Source: an uncultured delta proteobacterium (GTDB lineage Bacteria; Desulfobacterota; Binatia; UBA9968). From it: a stretch of DNA of 64,000 nt. The translations under genes were made by a program, and so were the position numbers. Below the pieces are notes generated by a model that made no database searches, was not told the origin of the DNA, and was given only the letters and a program-made list of their open reading frames with translations. Position 1 is the first letter of the stretch; every line of letters starts with the position of its first letter. The DNA lies in contig CAVUZH010000003.1 of the NCBI GenBank assembly GCA_963745835.1, positions 288,001-352,000 of the forward strand, read 5' to 3'. Positions 50,411 to 60,289 of this stretch are shown piece by piece.

Positions 50411-50818
50411 ATGGATAGAGATCTAGCGGCGCAAAACTTGAAGGTTGTGGAAAACCACTTTCATAGCGAAGCAGTCAATGAGGTCGAAGCGGCGCTGGAG
50501 ACTTTTACCAACGATATCGTTTGGGAAGCGCCGGCGCCAAACGGCCTGAATCGATCTTTCTCGGGAAAGGAAGCTGTCGCCAAGAACTATCGGGAGTTGT
50601 TTGCGTCCATGCGCAACGTGAAATTTCAGTTTCTTCAGCGTTTTGCTACGGAGGATCGTGTCGTGGACGATAGCATCGTCACGTTCGAGGTTGCGCGAGA
50701 TGGATACTGGCACTTTCCTCTCGGCAGCAAAGTTGAAATGCGGCTGACTCATATTTTTGAGATGCGAGACGGGAAGATTTCACGGGAGATCGTTTTCGAC
50801 ATGGGCCGGGCTGTTTAG
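50411..50818 (+). CDS. SnoaL/NTF2-like protein
   Basis: 'FTNDIVWE', 'HIFEMRDGKISRE'. Confidence 0.82.
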   Translation: MDRDLAAQNLKVVENHFHSEAVNEVEAALETFTNDIVWEAPAPNGLNRSFSGKEAVAKNYRELFASMRNVKFQFLQRFATEDRVVDDSIVTFEVARDGYWHFPLGSKVEMRLTHIFEMRDGKISREIVFDMGRAV

Positions 50819-50923
50819 TCTTCCATCCAATCGTCAGCACTGGGGATGTTCGAGGCGCGTGTTGGATGTTAAAGCGGGTAGTTCAGAACCGCTAATTCGT
50901 CCCGATTGCCGGCAACTTCTTTC

Positions 50924-50952
50924 TTGACATCGGCCTTCGGCTTTCCTAGATT
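50924..50952 (+). promoter_or_regulatory. Sigma70 promoter predicting a leaderless transcript
   Basis: TTGACA-N17-TAGATT with 6 nt before ATG 50959 and no SD sequence. Confidence 0.6.
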
Positions 50953-50958
50953 CGGCCC

Positions 50959-51375
50959 ATGATAAAACTAATCGATCAGATGAAGGATTTGATTAATAAC
51001 GCTTTGGAAAACGGGTGCCCTTGTGTTCTCGCCACGGCTGCGCCGGACGGTGAGCCCGATATCGGTTTCAAAGGCAGCATGATGGTCTTTGATGACGACT
51101 CCCTGGCTTACTGGGAGCGCACCAAGCGGCAGCACTTAAAGAACATCACGGCGAATCCTAAAGTAGTCGTGTTGTTTCGCGACGGCAAGTCAAAAGCCGC
51201 CTGGCGCTTTCACGGACTAGCTGAAGTTCACGAAGCCGGAGCTATTAGAGATCAAGTCATGGCTCGCACGGTCCCAGCGGAGTTGGAGAAGGATCCGGAC
51301 CGCAAAGGCGCAGCCGTGGTCATCAAGCTCGACAAGGTCACTAATATGGGCGGACAGGTTCTACAAAGCCGCTAA
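50959..51375 (+). CDS. Pyridoxamine 5'-phosphate oxidase-like (split beta-barrel) protein
   Basis: 'VLATA..DGEP', 'KGS', 'NITANPKV'. Confidence 0.82.
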   Translation: MIKLIDQMKDLINNALENGCPCVLATAAPDGEPDIGFKGSMMVFDDDSLAYWERTKRQHLKNITANPKVVVLFRDGKSKAAWRFHGLAEVHEAGAIRDQVMARTVPAELEKDPDRKGAAVVIKLDKVTNMGGQVLQSR

Positions 51376-51683
51376 TTTCCGCCGGCGTTTCTGTGTTCGT
51401 CAGCGCTCCGGTGTCTCTTCGACGAATCGCTCCTTAAGACAAGCACCAGCCGATTGCTCTGCCGGTTCTTTGTTAACACCGCAGGCAGCCCGCCGCGACA
51501 ATGCATTCGAACGTTCCATCTGAAGCAACCCGAGCCACGGATCGACTGCTGTCCCATACCTGCATCCTTCACGAGGAATAACTACCTGCCAATTGCGCGA
51601 AAGCGCTGGTGTTAACATTCAGATGCCCTGATCGTCCAAATATCGAGTGGCATAGTCTTGCGCACTCGGACAGGAGGGAAATC

Positions 51684-51908
51684 ATGAATCAGTTAATACC
51701 AAAAAGAGTATTTGCTCTCGGGCTTTGGACGATGTTGGTAACTGGCGCGGCGGCGTGTGATTACAATAGAGATTATTACAGCGATTATTACCGAGATCGA
51801 GACCGCTATGATCGCTACTCAGACCGGGACCGCGATGGGCGCTATGATCGGGAGCGAAACTGGGATTGGCGAAATCGCGATCGCCGCGATTGGGACCGTA
51901 ATAGATAG
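51684..51908 (+). CDS. Small putative lipoprotein with Arg/Asp/Tyr low-complexity tail
   Basis: AGGAGG RBS; signal peptide ending 'GAAAC'; tail 'DRDRYDRYSDRDRDGRYDR'. Confidence 0.6.
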   Translation: MNQLIPKRVFALGLWTMLVTGAAACDYNRDYYSDYYRDRDRYDRYSDRDRDGRYDRERNWDWRNRDRRDWDRNR

Positions 51909-52007
51909 TAGCTCAACAAACCGCAAGTCTCGGAAACGTTAGGGCAATGCTTTGAAGTCAAATATTTGAACTTTTGTTCTTTCAACGCAACTGCATTGGC
52001 GCTCGGC

Positions 52008-53018
52008 TTAATCGAGCGCCAGCCCCACCACCTTCGCCGGATTCTTGGTGCATACCGTATAGAGCTCGTCTTGATTTAAGCCGAAGGCTTCCATGTAGCC
52101 GCGCACCAGGCGCATCGCTTCGACCGAATCAGGAAAGAGAGGTTCGCCGGCATCGCTGGATAGCGTGAAATGCTCCGGGCCGACTTCGCGGATGGTGTTG
52201 TACATGATCTGCGGGTCGACGCCAAGCAGCGGCGATAGCTCATCCCATGTGAAGTTGAAGAAGATCCCGATCTTGGAAAGCTCCTTCATCATCTCCGGTG
52301 AGACATTGAGAAACGGGCTGTACGGATGATCGATGACGGCGCGCGCGAGACCGACTTTATCGACTTCTTCCGCGAGTTTATAGATTTCCTTGTGCGTTGC
52401 GTGGCCAAAGAAAAGCGCCACGTTGCGATCGGCGCAAATGCGAACGATCTCTCTGACGGCCGGCTTCAGTTCGCCTCTCTCATCTAAATTGTAGTGGCCG
52501 ATGGCCACTGCTTTGTCCCACGGAACGGGTCCGTGCCAACCGGCTGCGCTATTGCCGTCGATGAAGCGCTGGTAGGTTCCAACCGTACTCAAGGTGATGG
52601 CATGGGTGAACACGGGCAGCCAGATCGCGCTGACGCCCCGATCGATCATTTCGCTAACGATGGCGGAAGTAACCGGCGCCATCTGCCGGCCGCACACGTA
52701 GGCGGACCAGCATTGAACCGGCTCGACTCCTTCCTGTTCCGCCCATCGGTTGACGTCTTCTTGCACATCACGGACAGCTTTAGCCGGATCATCGCCTGGA
52801 ATGCTCTTGAATAAAATCCCCTTCATCTCCGCCAGCGATGCGCGCCGGGCCAAGTCATAGGGATTCTGCTGGCCTTCGTGCGCGTGGCAATGGATGTCGA
52901 TGGCATCTTTGACTTTTATATGCGGCGGCCGAACTTCACCGGGTTTGTATTGCGTACGCGCCGCGTAAGAGGTCACGCAGCGTTCATGAGTGGGAGTAGA
53001 GACGGTATGTGCGCTCAT
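52008..53018 (-). CDS. DUF6282-like metal-dependent TIM-barrel (amidohydrolase-related) protein
   Basis: 'IDIHCH', 'FFGH', 'IDHP', 'LSSDAG', 'NPAK'. Confidence 0.75.
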   Translation of the reverse strand: MSAHTVSTPTHERCVTSYAARTQYKPGEVRPPHIKVKDAIDIHCHAHEGQQNPYDLARRASLAEMKGILFKSIPGDDPAKAVRDVQEDVNRWAEQEGVEPVQCWSAYVCGRQMAPVTSAIVSEMIDRGVSAIWLPVFTHAITLSTVGTYQRFIDGNSAAGWHGPVPWDKAVAIGHYNLDERGELKPAVREIVRICADRNVALFFGHATHKEIYKLAEEVDKVGLARAVIDHPYSPFLNVSPEMMKELSKIGIFFNFTWDELSPLLGVDPQIMYNTIREVGPEHFTLSSDAGEPLFPDSVEAMRLVRGYMEAFGLNQDELYTVCTKNPAKVVGLALD

Positions 53019-53105
53019 ATGTCCTCCTCGAAAGGCCGTGCATGAGTTGTATCAATGACCGAGTTGGTTTGCAAAGCGAAAATTCATCACCGACATATGA
53101 TCTGC

Positions 53106-53134
53106 TTGACCGTGGACCTGCGTCTAGCTATTTT
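53106..53134 (+). promoter_or_regulatory. Putative sigma70 promoter
   Basis: TTGACC-N17-TATTTT upstream of the gene at 53184. Confidence 0.45.
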
Positions 53135-53183
53135 CGCGCAATCAAACGCAACGTCTGAAGAGATGGGCGCAGGAGGATAAAAC

Positions 53184-54182
53184 ATGAAGTTGCGATCGCT
53201 CGCGTTGGTTTATGTAATGTTTGCCGCTGTCGTGATGGACGGCTCAAATGCGCTTGCCGCGGACAAGCTGCCGTTCATCTATACGGCTCGGGTCATGTCG
53301 CAATCTTATCCCTGGATTGCGCAAGAAGCCGGATTGTTCAAAAAGTACGATCTGGAAGTGCCGCTTATCTTCGTTACGGCCGGCGCTCCGGCTGTGGCCA
53401 CGATACTGGCCGGCGATAGCGAGGTGACGCAGCAAGGAGCGGCGGCTTTGAGCCGCGCCTTCGTTCAGGGCAATCGAGATGTCGTCTTCATCGGCGGCAT
53501 TAAAAGCATACTCACCCATAGTATTATCGCTAAGCCCGACATCAAGAGGCCGGCGGATCTGAAGGGTAAAAGAATCGGCGTGTCACGGATTGGCAGCAAC
53601 CCCCATTATTTTGCGGTTCAGGCGTTGCGCCACTTCGGCTTGGAGAGCCGGGACGTCAGTTACATTCAAGCCGGCGGCGCGCCCGAGACATTGGCCGCGC
53701 TGCTTGCGCAGGGGATCGACGCCGCGGTCCTAACCGTGCCCACCGACGCTCAGGCGCTCAAGCTCGGTTATCATTATGTGGTATACGGTCCCGATCTGAA
53801 TATCGCCTACGCCGCCACCACCTTCAACACGCGCCGTTCGATCATGGCCAAACGCGGGCCGGTGATCGGGCGTTTTATGCGCGCCATGGCTGAGGCTGCC
53901 AAGATCATGCACACCGATAAAGAGTTCACTTACAAAATCATGGAAAAATACTTGCTCGTGAATGATAGAAAATTACTCGAAGCCAGCTACAACGTCGAGA
54001 TTAAAGCGCTAGAGCCGCGGCTTGCGCTCAAGCTTGAAGGCTTTCAATCGACTCTGGATGAAATCGCGCCCACCGATCCACGGGCCAAAACCGTCAAGCC
54101 GCAAGAAATGGTCGATACGCGTTATCTCGATGAAATGGAAAAAAGCGGATTCTTCGATCAGATCTGGGCCGGCAAGAGGTAG
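53184..54182 (+). CDS. ABC substrate-binding protein, NMT1/SsuA-like
   Basis: Signal peptide; 'GLFKKYDLEV', 'LKGKRIG', 'VDTRYLDEMEKSGF'. Confidence 0.9.
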   Translation: MKLRSLALVYVMFAAVVMDGSNALAADKLPFIYTARVMSQSYPWIAQEAGLFKKYDLEVPLIFVTAGAPAVATILAGDSEVTQQGAAALSRAFVQGNRDVVFIGGIKSILTHSIIAKPDIKRPADLKGKRIGVSRIGSNPHYFAVQALRHFGLESRDVSYIQAGGAPETLAALLAQGIDAAVLTVPTDAQALKLGYHYVVYGPDLNIAYAATTFNTRRSIMAKRGPVIGRFMRAMAEAAKIMHTDKEFTYKIMEKYLLVNDRKLLEASYNVEIKALEPRLALKLEGFQSTLDEIAPTDPRAKTVKPQEMVDTRYLDEMEKSGFFDQIWAGKR

Positions 54183-54454
54183 GTAGATAACGTCGATTCC
54201 GCAGTAGAGATTAACAATGTGTACTGATCAAGGGGCCAGCCCTGAGGACCGAAGGCACAGAAGGTAACACTACAATGCTGTCTGGGGTGCTTGGTCCAGG
54301 GCTGGTAATTTTCGTGGAGTCCGCTGCAGTGCCGGAGATTGCAGGCCGTTACAAGCCTCTGAACCATTGCATTTTGTTCTGGAGGCTTGGCGCTTGATCG
54401 CTCTGTCAAGTTGAACTACGGCATCCAGGTTATAAGCAAGCGCTGCTCTGACGG

Positions 54455-54492
54455 AAAAAAACAGCGACCAGGACGTAGTCCGTGGTCGCTGT
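54455..54492 (-). terminator. Intrinsic terminator of the Tim44-domain gene
   Basis: ACAGCGACCA...TGGTCGCTGT followed by a T-run on the minus strand. Confidence 0.7.
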
Positions 54493-54526
54493 GACAGCTG
54501 TTATTTGGTCTGTTTATTTGTGAATG

Positions 54527-55513
54527 CTAGGCCTGCTGTACGGCCGTCAGTTTCCAAGCATTCGGACCGACGGGGCGGCTGAATGTCCAGTACTCTTCGA
54601 AATGGATGGGCTCAGAATCACTGCCGGAGACGACCGCGCCGCTTTTGGTATCGACGGTGTAATCCAAAAGATTTGCTTGCAGCCGGACGGTGATAAAGTC
54701 TTGGCCGGATTCGGTCCATGCCTCGCTGATCTCGCTCGAACTGAGAGCAATATTTTCCATGCGGTTCTGCCGCCCGGATGCGCGTAGTTGGCTTAACTCT
54801 TGTTCCCAGGTTTGCATAAGCTCGGTCCCGCAGAGTCTGCTCAGCGTCGCGCTATCTTGCTTGTTCCAAGCGCCTTGGACCTTGAAGAAAGTGTCCTGGG
54901 CGGTCTTGAGGAACTGGTTCGGATCGAAGCTGCGGTCCATCATCGTCAGCGATCTGTAATCAACATCGTTGAACGGGAGGCGCTTCCTGGAGCGGCGCGC
55001 TTTCTGGCGTGATAACCATGCTCGGCTGATAACTCGTGCTCGGTTGATAGCTGGTATTTTGGTATTGCGTCGTTCCGTAACCAGTTGCGGCCGCCGGACT
55101 GCGAAATCTTCCGGTAGAGAAAATAGCCGATACCCGCTATCAGCAGGATTTCGAACAACCGAAGCCGCTGCCGCCCAAGCCGCCGATACCGCCGAAGCCG
55201 CCGGCATTCGCCAACCTGAAAAGAGCATCGAGCCCAGAAACCCGCCGAGGACTGCGGTGCCAAGCCCGCGCATAAAGCCGCCAGATTGTGGCGCGAACTG
55301 TCCAGGTTGTTGTGGTGGTGGGGTGGCATCTCTTCGCTGCTGAGCCGGTTGCGAAGGCCGCGACGGAGCCTGGTAACTTCTCGAGCCGCGAAATCCACCG
55401 CTTCGCCCGCCGCCGGCGCGCGCGTCAGCATCCATTTCCAAAGCGATCTGCGATATCCCGATAACCGCGAAAAGGCCAAGCGCCATCAAAGTCATTTTCT
55501 TCGAGATCTTCAT
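54527..55513 (-). CDS. Tim44-domain (TimA-like) protein; internal compensating frameshifts
   Basis: 'ARAGGGRSGGFRGSRS', 'FDPNQFL..A..F..VQ.AW', 'FEEYWTFSR..W.LTAVQQ'; the middle segment reads better in the 54946-55479 frame. Confidence 0.85.
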   Translation of the reverse strand: MKISKKMTLMALGLFAVIGISQIALEMDADARAGGGRSGGFRGSRSYQAPSRPSQPAQQRRDATPPPQQPGQFAPQSGGFMRGLGTAVLGGFLGSMLFSGWRMPAASAVSAAWAAAASVVRNPADSGYRLFSLPEDFAVRRPQLVTERRNTKIPAINRARVISRAWLSRQKARRSRKRLPFNDVDYRSLTMMDRSFDPNQFLKTAQDTFFKVQGAWNKQDSATLSRLCGTELMQTWEQELSQLRASGRQNRMENIALSSSEISEAWTESGQDFITVRLQANLLDYTVDTKSGAVVSGSDSEPIHFEEYWTFSRPVGPNAWKLTAVQQA

Positions 55514-55831
55514 CAATCTATTCTCCTCATGGGAATGCTCGGATCACCAGGAGTCTAGTCGAAAGCCGCATTACAATCAATGCACCATTTCACAAGGTGC
55601 AGCGCCGGGTTGCCACTCGGGATCATTCGGGCCAAAGGTTCGTGACGAAGCAGAGCCGCGCCTGTAGAGCATATCTCCCCTCACGGTAACCTTGACCGAA
55701 TGAATCCCGGGCAGTAATCTCCCGGTACTTTGTAAACTTCAGGCGCAGGCTGACATCTCGAGATCCTTGTTATATAAGCGTGCTGCCCTAGATTGCTCTG
55801 GATTCTGGAATATACGATGGGAGGTCCTTGC

Positions 55832-56896
55832 ATGCGACGCACGACTAAATTTTTTTCGGTCATCACGCTTCAGTTGGGAATTGCTTTGTTGTCGTTCTTT
55901 CCCGACCCGGTTTATTCACAGACGCCCTACTATCAAGGTAAGACGATCACGATCCTTCGGGGAGGCGAGCCTGGCGGTTCCGGAGATATGCAGGCGCGCG
56001 CGTTGATTCCGTTTCTTAAAAAATACATCCCCGGGAACCCGACGATTATCGTAGAAAACGTACCCGGCGCCGCAGGCATGAAGGCGGTCAATCAGGTTTA
56101 TTCAACCGCCAAGCCGGATGGGCTCACGATTGCCGCAGTCGGCTCCGGTCTCGCTTCCGGCGCCATTCTGGGTCTACCGGGCGCTCGGTACGACATCGAC
56201 AAACTTATTTATTTAGGATCGACGGAACATGGCGATCCCTATATTTTCCTTAGCCGTAAGGAGGCTGGATTCGACACTTTGGATAAGCTCCGCGCAGCGC
56301 CGTCGGTGCGTATCGGAGCCCAGACCGTGGGCCATGCAATCTACGTGAGCGGGCGCATCTTTGCCTATGTGCTGGGTCTCAAGGACCCTAGAATGGTTGT
56401 CGGCTTCGGCGGCCCTGAACTCGACACCGCATTAACCCGCGGCGAGATCGATACCAGAGCAAACAGCGCCGATACAGTGGTGCGCCGAAATGCCGAGGCT
56501 CTCGCCAAAGGCGAATACAATGTTCATGCGACCCTGACGATTCCGAAAGGCAATCTCCATCCGCGTTTTGCCAATGTTCCTGATGCCGACTCGCTTGCAA
56601 AGAATGACAAAGAGCGGCAGTTGGTGAATCTATTCCGCGCTTTTATGTATCCGCGCTGGCCCTATGTGCTGCCTCCGGGAACACCTGAAGCCACCGTGAA
56701 GATTTTACGCGCAGCGATGGCTAGCGCCTTTAAGGATCCAGGTTTCAGCGGCGAGTTTAAAAAGCTCATGGGCGGCGAACCGTCGCCGCTGACCGGAGAG
56801 GAGGTCGAGACCTCGATTCGAGAATTGCCGCGTGATCCTGAGGTGATTGGCTTGTATAAAAAGATGGCCGAACACGGTCCGCTGCCACCGCGGTGA
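55832..56896 (+). CDS. Tripartite tricarboxylate transporter substrate-binding protein (Bug/TctC)
   Basis: 'PGGSGD', 'VENVPGAAG', 'KPDGLT', 'VLPPGTP'. Confidence 0.88.
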   Translation: MRRTTKFFSVITLQLGIALLSFFPDPVYSQTPYYQGKTITILRGGEPGGSGDMQARALIPFLKKYIPGNPTIIVENVPGAAGMKAVNQVYSTAKPDGLTIAAVGSGLASGAILGLPGARYDIDKLIYLGSTEHGDPYIFLSRKEAGFDTLDKLRAAPSVRIGAQTVGHAIYVSGRIFAYVLGLKDPRMVVGFGGPELDTALTRGEIDTRANSADTVVRRNAEALAKGEYNVHATLTIPKGNLHPRFANVPDADSLAKNDKERQLVNLFRAFMYPRWPYVLPPGTPEATVKILRAAMASAFKDPGFSGEFKKLMGGEPSPLTGEEVETSIRELPRDPEVIGLYKKMAEHGPLPPR

Positions 56897-56970
56897 AGCT
56901 CGAGGAACGAAGTCTCAGCGCGCTTTGACGCAATTCAAAGCTTAGAAATCATATATGCGATCACCCCTGT

Positions 56971-57007
56971 AAAAGCCGAGACGTCTGACGAGGTCTCGGT
57001 TTTTTTT
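56971..57007 (+). terminator. Intrinsic terminator
   Basis: AAAAGCCGAGAC...GTCTCGGTTTTTTTT. Confidence 0.75.
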
Positions 57008-57143
57008 GGCCTAGGCGATGAGGAGCGCTACGCCTTCTCCTACGCCAATGGGTGCTGTAATCGCACCGGCTTGCAAGATATTGTATGTTCCTAGCTCGAA
57101 GCATCCTGCAGAATAGCCTTTAGGTTTCAGGAAGACGAAGCAA

Positions 57144-58013
57144 GTGATTCGCAGAGTCGGATTCATCGGTCTGGGCATTATGGGAAAGCCGATGGCGATC
57201 CATGTCGCCAATGCCGGGTTCGATTTGATGGTTTATGACGTTCGCGAGGAACCGCTTCGGGAACTGAGTAGATTGGGGGCGAAGATCGCTCGGTCGGCGA
57301 GAGAAGCCGCCGAGCATGGCGAGCTCGTCGAGATAGCCGTGCTCGATGATGCGCAACTTGTATCCGTGTGCTTTGGCGAAGCGGGTGTTTTCACGGGCGC
57401 CAAGCCGGGGACGATGATCGCGGTTCATAGCACCGTCTTGCCTAACACATTACGTGCCCTGACAGAGAGCGCCTCGAGCAGAAACCTGATCATCGTCGAC
57501 GCGCCGATCAGCGGGGGAGAATCCGGAGCTTATGAAAAAAAACTCTGCTACATGGTCGGCGGCTCGAAGGATGCCTACAACAAATGCCGCAAAGTTTTTG
57601 CCAGCTCGGGAGCCGAGATTCTTCACCTGGGCGACATCGGCGCCGGCACCGCGGCGAAAATTATCAATCAGATCCTTGTCTGTATCAATATGATGGCAAT
57701 GTTCGAAGGGATGTCGGTAGCGGAAAAAGCCGGTTTAGATCTGAAGTTGCTGCAACAGGCGATTCATCACAGCGCCGGGCAAAGCTACATGGCAGATCAT
57801 TGGTTTGAGCGCATCGAGCGGGTGTCGCGATCCCCGGAAGCGCTGCGTCATCAGTGGGAGGGGTTTTATAAAACGTTATCCGTTGCGCTCGAGTGCGGCA
57901 AGGATCTCGGTATTTCTCTTCCGGGCACGGCTCTGACGCAACAGCTTCTAGGGAAAATCGTCGGCTACAATAATGAAGTAATCCATACCAAAGGAAGCAT
58001 TGATGGGCAGTGA
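57144..58013 (+). CDS. 3-hydroxyisobutyrate dehydrogenase-family oxidoreductase
   Basis: 'GFIGLGIMG', 'DAPISGG', 'KIINQ'. Confidence 0.9.
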   Translation: MIRRVGFIGLGIMGKPMAIHVANAGFDLMVYDVREEPLRELSRLGAKIARSAREAAEHGELVEIAVLDDAQLVSVCFGEAGVFTGAKPGTMIAVHSTVLPNTLRALTESASSRNLIIVDAPISGGESGAYEKKLCYMVGGSKDAYNKCRKVFASSGAEILHLGDIGAGTAAKIINQILVCINMMAMFEGMSVAEKAGLDLKLLQQAIHHSAGQSYMADHWFERIERVSRSPEALRHQWEGFYKTLSVALECGKDLGISLPGTALTQQLLGKIVGYNNEVIHTKGSIDGQ

Positions 58014-59163
58014 AAATTCCGTAGACCTTTACCGCACCGAGCCGGGCAGTCTCGCCGGCCGCTATCTCCGCTCGTTTTGGCAACCCATCTATCGCGCCAA
58101 GGACTTGCCGGTTGGAGAAGCCGTGCCGCTGCGGATCATGAGCGAAGAGTTCACTCTTTACCGGGGCCAATCCGGCGCGCCGCACCTCGTCGCGTTTCGC
58201 TGTGCCCACCGCGGCGCCCAGCTTTCGGCCGGGTGGGTAGAGGATGATTGTATCCGATGTTTCTATCACGGCTGGAAATACGACTCGTCCGGGCAATGCG
58301 TCGAGCAGCCCGGCGAAGACGCGTCCTTCAAATCCAAGATCAAGATTCGCAGCCATCCAACCGAAGAATATCTAGGGCTTATTTTCGTGTTTCTTGGTGA
58401 TGGCGCCGCTCCCGCATTGCCGCGCTACTCTGATCTTGATGCAGACGGCATTATTGACGTGCTGCTGAGCGAAGAATGGCCGTGCAATTACTTTAATCGG
58501 CTCGACAACCTGGGCGATCCCGTTCACGTGCCGTTTACTCACCGCGAATCGCGGAGCAGAATCGGCGTCGATGTCTTCGTTCCCGATCAGTTGATTGCGG
58601 AGGAAAACGACGTTGGCATCAAATTGACGCGGAAGCTAGGTGCAGGCAAAACCGAAGCGCGTTACATCCTCATGCCGAATATGAATCATCTAAGACATCC
58701 GCTGCGTATCAAAGGACCGATCGCAAAAGAACTCAAGGAAGGCTCGGTGGATCGGTTCTTATGGCGTGTGCCCATCGAGAACGGTCGCTGTTTGGGTCTC
58801 GGTGTCGACATCGTACATCTCGAAGGTGAAGCTGCGAAAAAGAAATTTCTGGAACTCTCCTCGGAAGTAGAGCCGGACGGGCCCAGCCATGTCGAGTTGG
58901 GCGAAAGAGTTCTCCAGGGCAAAGCGAAAATCAAGAATTTGACCGGGGCGGATAATTACGAGCTCACCAGGATCGAAGACTATGTTGCGCAAGTGGGGCA
59001 GGGGGCGATCGCTGATGAAAGCAATTTTCATCTGGGCCGAAACGACGTGGTGGTGATACTTTTCCGAAAGATCTGGGAACGAGAGCTGCGGGCATTATCT
59101 GAGGGACGGCCGACGAAACAGTGGAAAACGCTGGCGCGCGCGGACTTCAATGGTCAAGAATAA
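58003..59163 (+). CDS. Rieske non-heme iron oxygenase, alpha subunit (phthalate 4,5-dioxygenase/VanA-like)
   Basis: 'CAHRG..CFYHGW', 'N..DPVHVPFTH', 'EDYVAQ'. Confidence 0.92.
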   Translation: MGSENSVDLYRTEPGSLAGRYLRSFWQPIYRAKDLPVGEAVPLRIMSEEFTLYRGQSGAPHLVAFRCAHRGAQLSAGWVEDDCIRCFYHGWKYDSSGQCVEQPGEDASFKSKIKIRSHPTEEYLGLIFVFLGDGAAPALPRYSDLDADGIIDVLLSEEWPCNYFNRLDNLGDPVHVPFTHRESRSRIGVDVFVPDQLIAEENDVGIKLTRKLGAGKTEARYILMPNMNHLRHPLRIKGPIAKELKEGSVDRFLWRVPIENGRCLGLGVDIVHLEGEAAKKKFLELSSEVEPDGPSHVELGERVLQGKAKIKNLTGADNYELTRIEDYVAQVGQGAIADESNFHLGRNDVVVILFRKIWERELRALSEGRPTKQWKTLARADFNGQE

Positions 59164-59247
59164 TTTCTCGCGACCAGATCCAAGACTAACGGTGAAGGAG
59201 TTCCGACGCCGGCAATCTCTATTCGATTACAAACTTTTTATCAAACC

Positions 59248-60225
59248 TTGCTGGTGAGGACGGAAACAGTGGTAGTTAATTTTCTTGCGATCTTCTTTTG
59301 GATCTGTCTAGGGTCAATTCCGGCCGCGAAGGCGGAGACGGCAAAGGTGCACCGAACCGGTATTGGCAGTCCAAATGCTTTCATATTTGTCGCAGGAATT
59401 GAGAAGGGATTTTACAAGGATCACGGCCTCGATACGCTGACGATCATGGCCCAGCCGCAGGTAGGGGTTCAGGGTTTGATCGGCGGGAGTTTCGACTTTA
59501 GCCAGATTCTCGGAGCGAGTACGAGCGCCATTATGCGCGGTATCGGCCTCAGGATAGTCATGGTTTTTGATAGCAAACCGCAATTTTGGCTCTATGGCGG
59601 GCCAGACATCAAGACGCTGCAGGAGGTTAGGGGAAAAACCGTTGCAATCCAAACCATCGGCGGTGCTAGCGGTCATATGACGCGCGAACTTCTCAGCAAA
59701 AACGGCATCGATTCGCAGCGCGATGTGACTATTCAGGTCATCCCCTTAGAAGGTCGGCTGACTGCATTGAGTAGCGGCAGCGTCGCGGCGACCGTGGTGA
59801 ATGCGCCGGAGCGAACTCGAGCCAACAAGATGGGGTTTAACGAGCTTGCTTCGTACGGTGATCATTTTGAATATTCTAGTGGCGGAGTCGCCGTGACGGA
59901 TAAGATGCTGGCCGAGCGATCGGATTTTGTTAGACGATTTTTGGCTGGCACGCTGCAAACGTTGCAGTGGTACAGAGGGAATGAGAAAGAAGCGGTCAAG
60001 ATGTTTGCCCGTTTCAGCAAAGTACCGGAAGAGGATGCGCTATCTGTCTATCGCGCGTCGGTCAAAGCGTATACCGAAGATGGGACTTTATCGCCGGCAG
60101 CGCAGGAACGCATCGTCAATTTTCACAAAAACGAAGTAAAGATCGACAAAGACGTTCCGGCGCAGAGAATATTTAATTTCAGCCTATTGCAATCGATTCT
60201 GAGAGAGAAGGGTAGAGCGAAGTGA
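59248..60225 (+). CDS. ABC substrate-binding protein, NMT1/SsuA-like
   Basis: 'EKGFYKDHGLD', 'VRGKTVA', 'VRRFLAG'; start codon uncertain. Confidence 0.87.
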   Translation: MLVRTETVVVNFLAIFFWICLGSIPAAKAETAKVHRTGIGSPNAFIFVAGIEKGFYKDHGLDTLTIMAQPQVGVQGLIGGSFDFSQILGASTSAIMRGIGLRIVMVFDSKPQFWLYGGPDIKTLQEVRGKTVAIQTIGGASGHMTRELLSKNGIDSQRDVTIQVIPLEGRLTALSSGSVAATVVNAPERTRANKMGFNELASYGDHFEYSSGGVAVTDKMLAERSDFVRRFLAGTLQTLQWYRGNEKEAVKMFARFSKVPEEDALSVYRASVKAYTEDGTLSPAAQERIVNFHKNEVKIDKDVPAQRIFNFSLLQSILREKGRAK

Positions 60226-60238
60226 GTTCACCAAGCTT

Positions 60239-60267
60239 TAGGGGGCGGGTTTTAAACCCGCCCCTAC
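60239..60267. repeat. REP-type palindrome between convergent genes
   Basis: TAGGGGGCGGGTTT-T-AAACCCGCCCCTAC (GTAG-REP style). Confidence 0.7.
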
Positions 60268-60289
60268 GTTGCTGCTTATGCGTCGATTC

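Noticed and set aside
54241-54265. Hammerhead ribozyme core (CTGAGGA...GAA)
   Set aside because: No stem II followed by GAAA and no matching stems I/III; the bases are used in a simple long hairpin.
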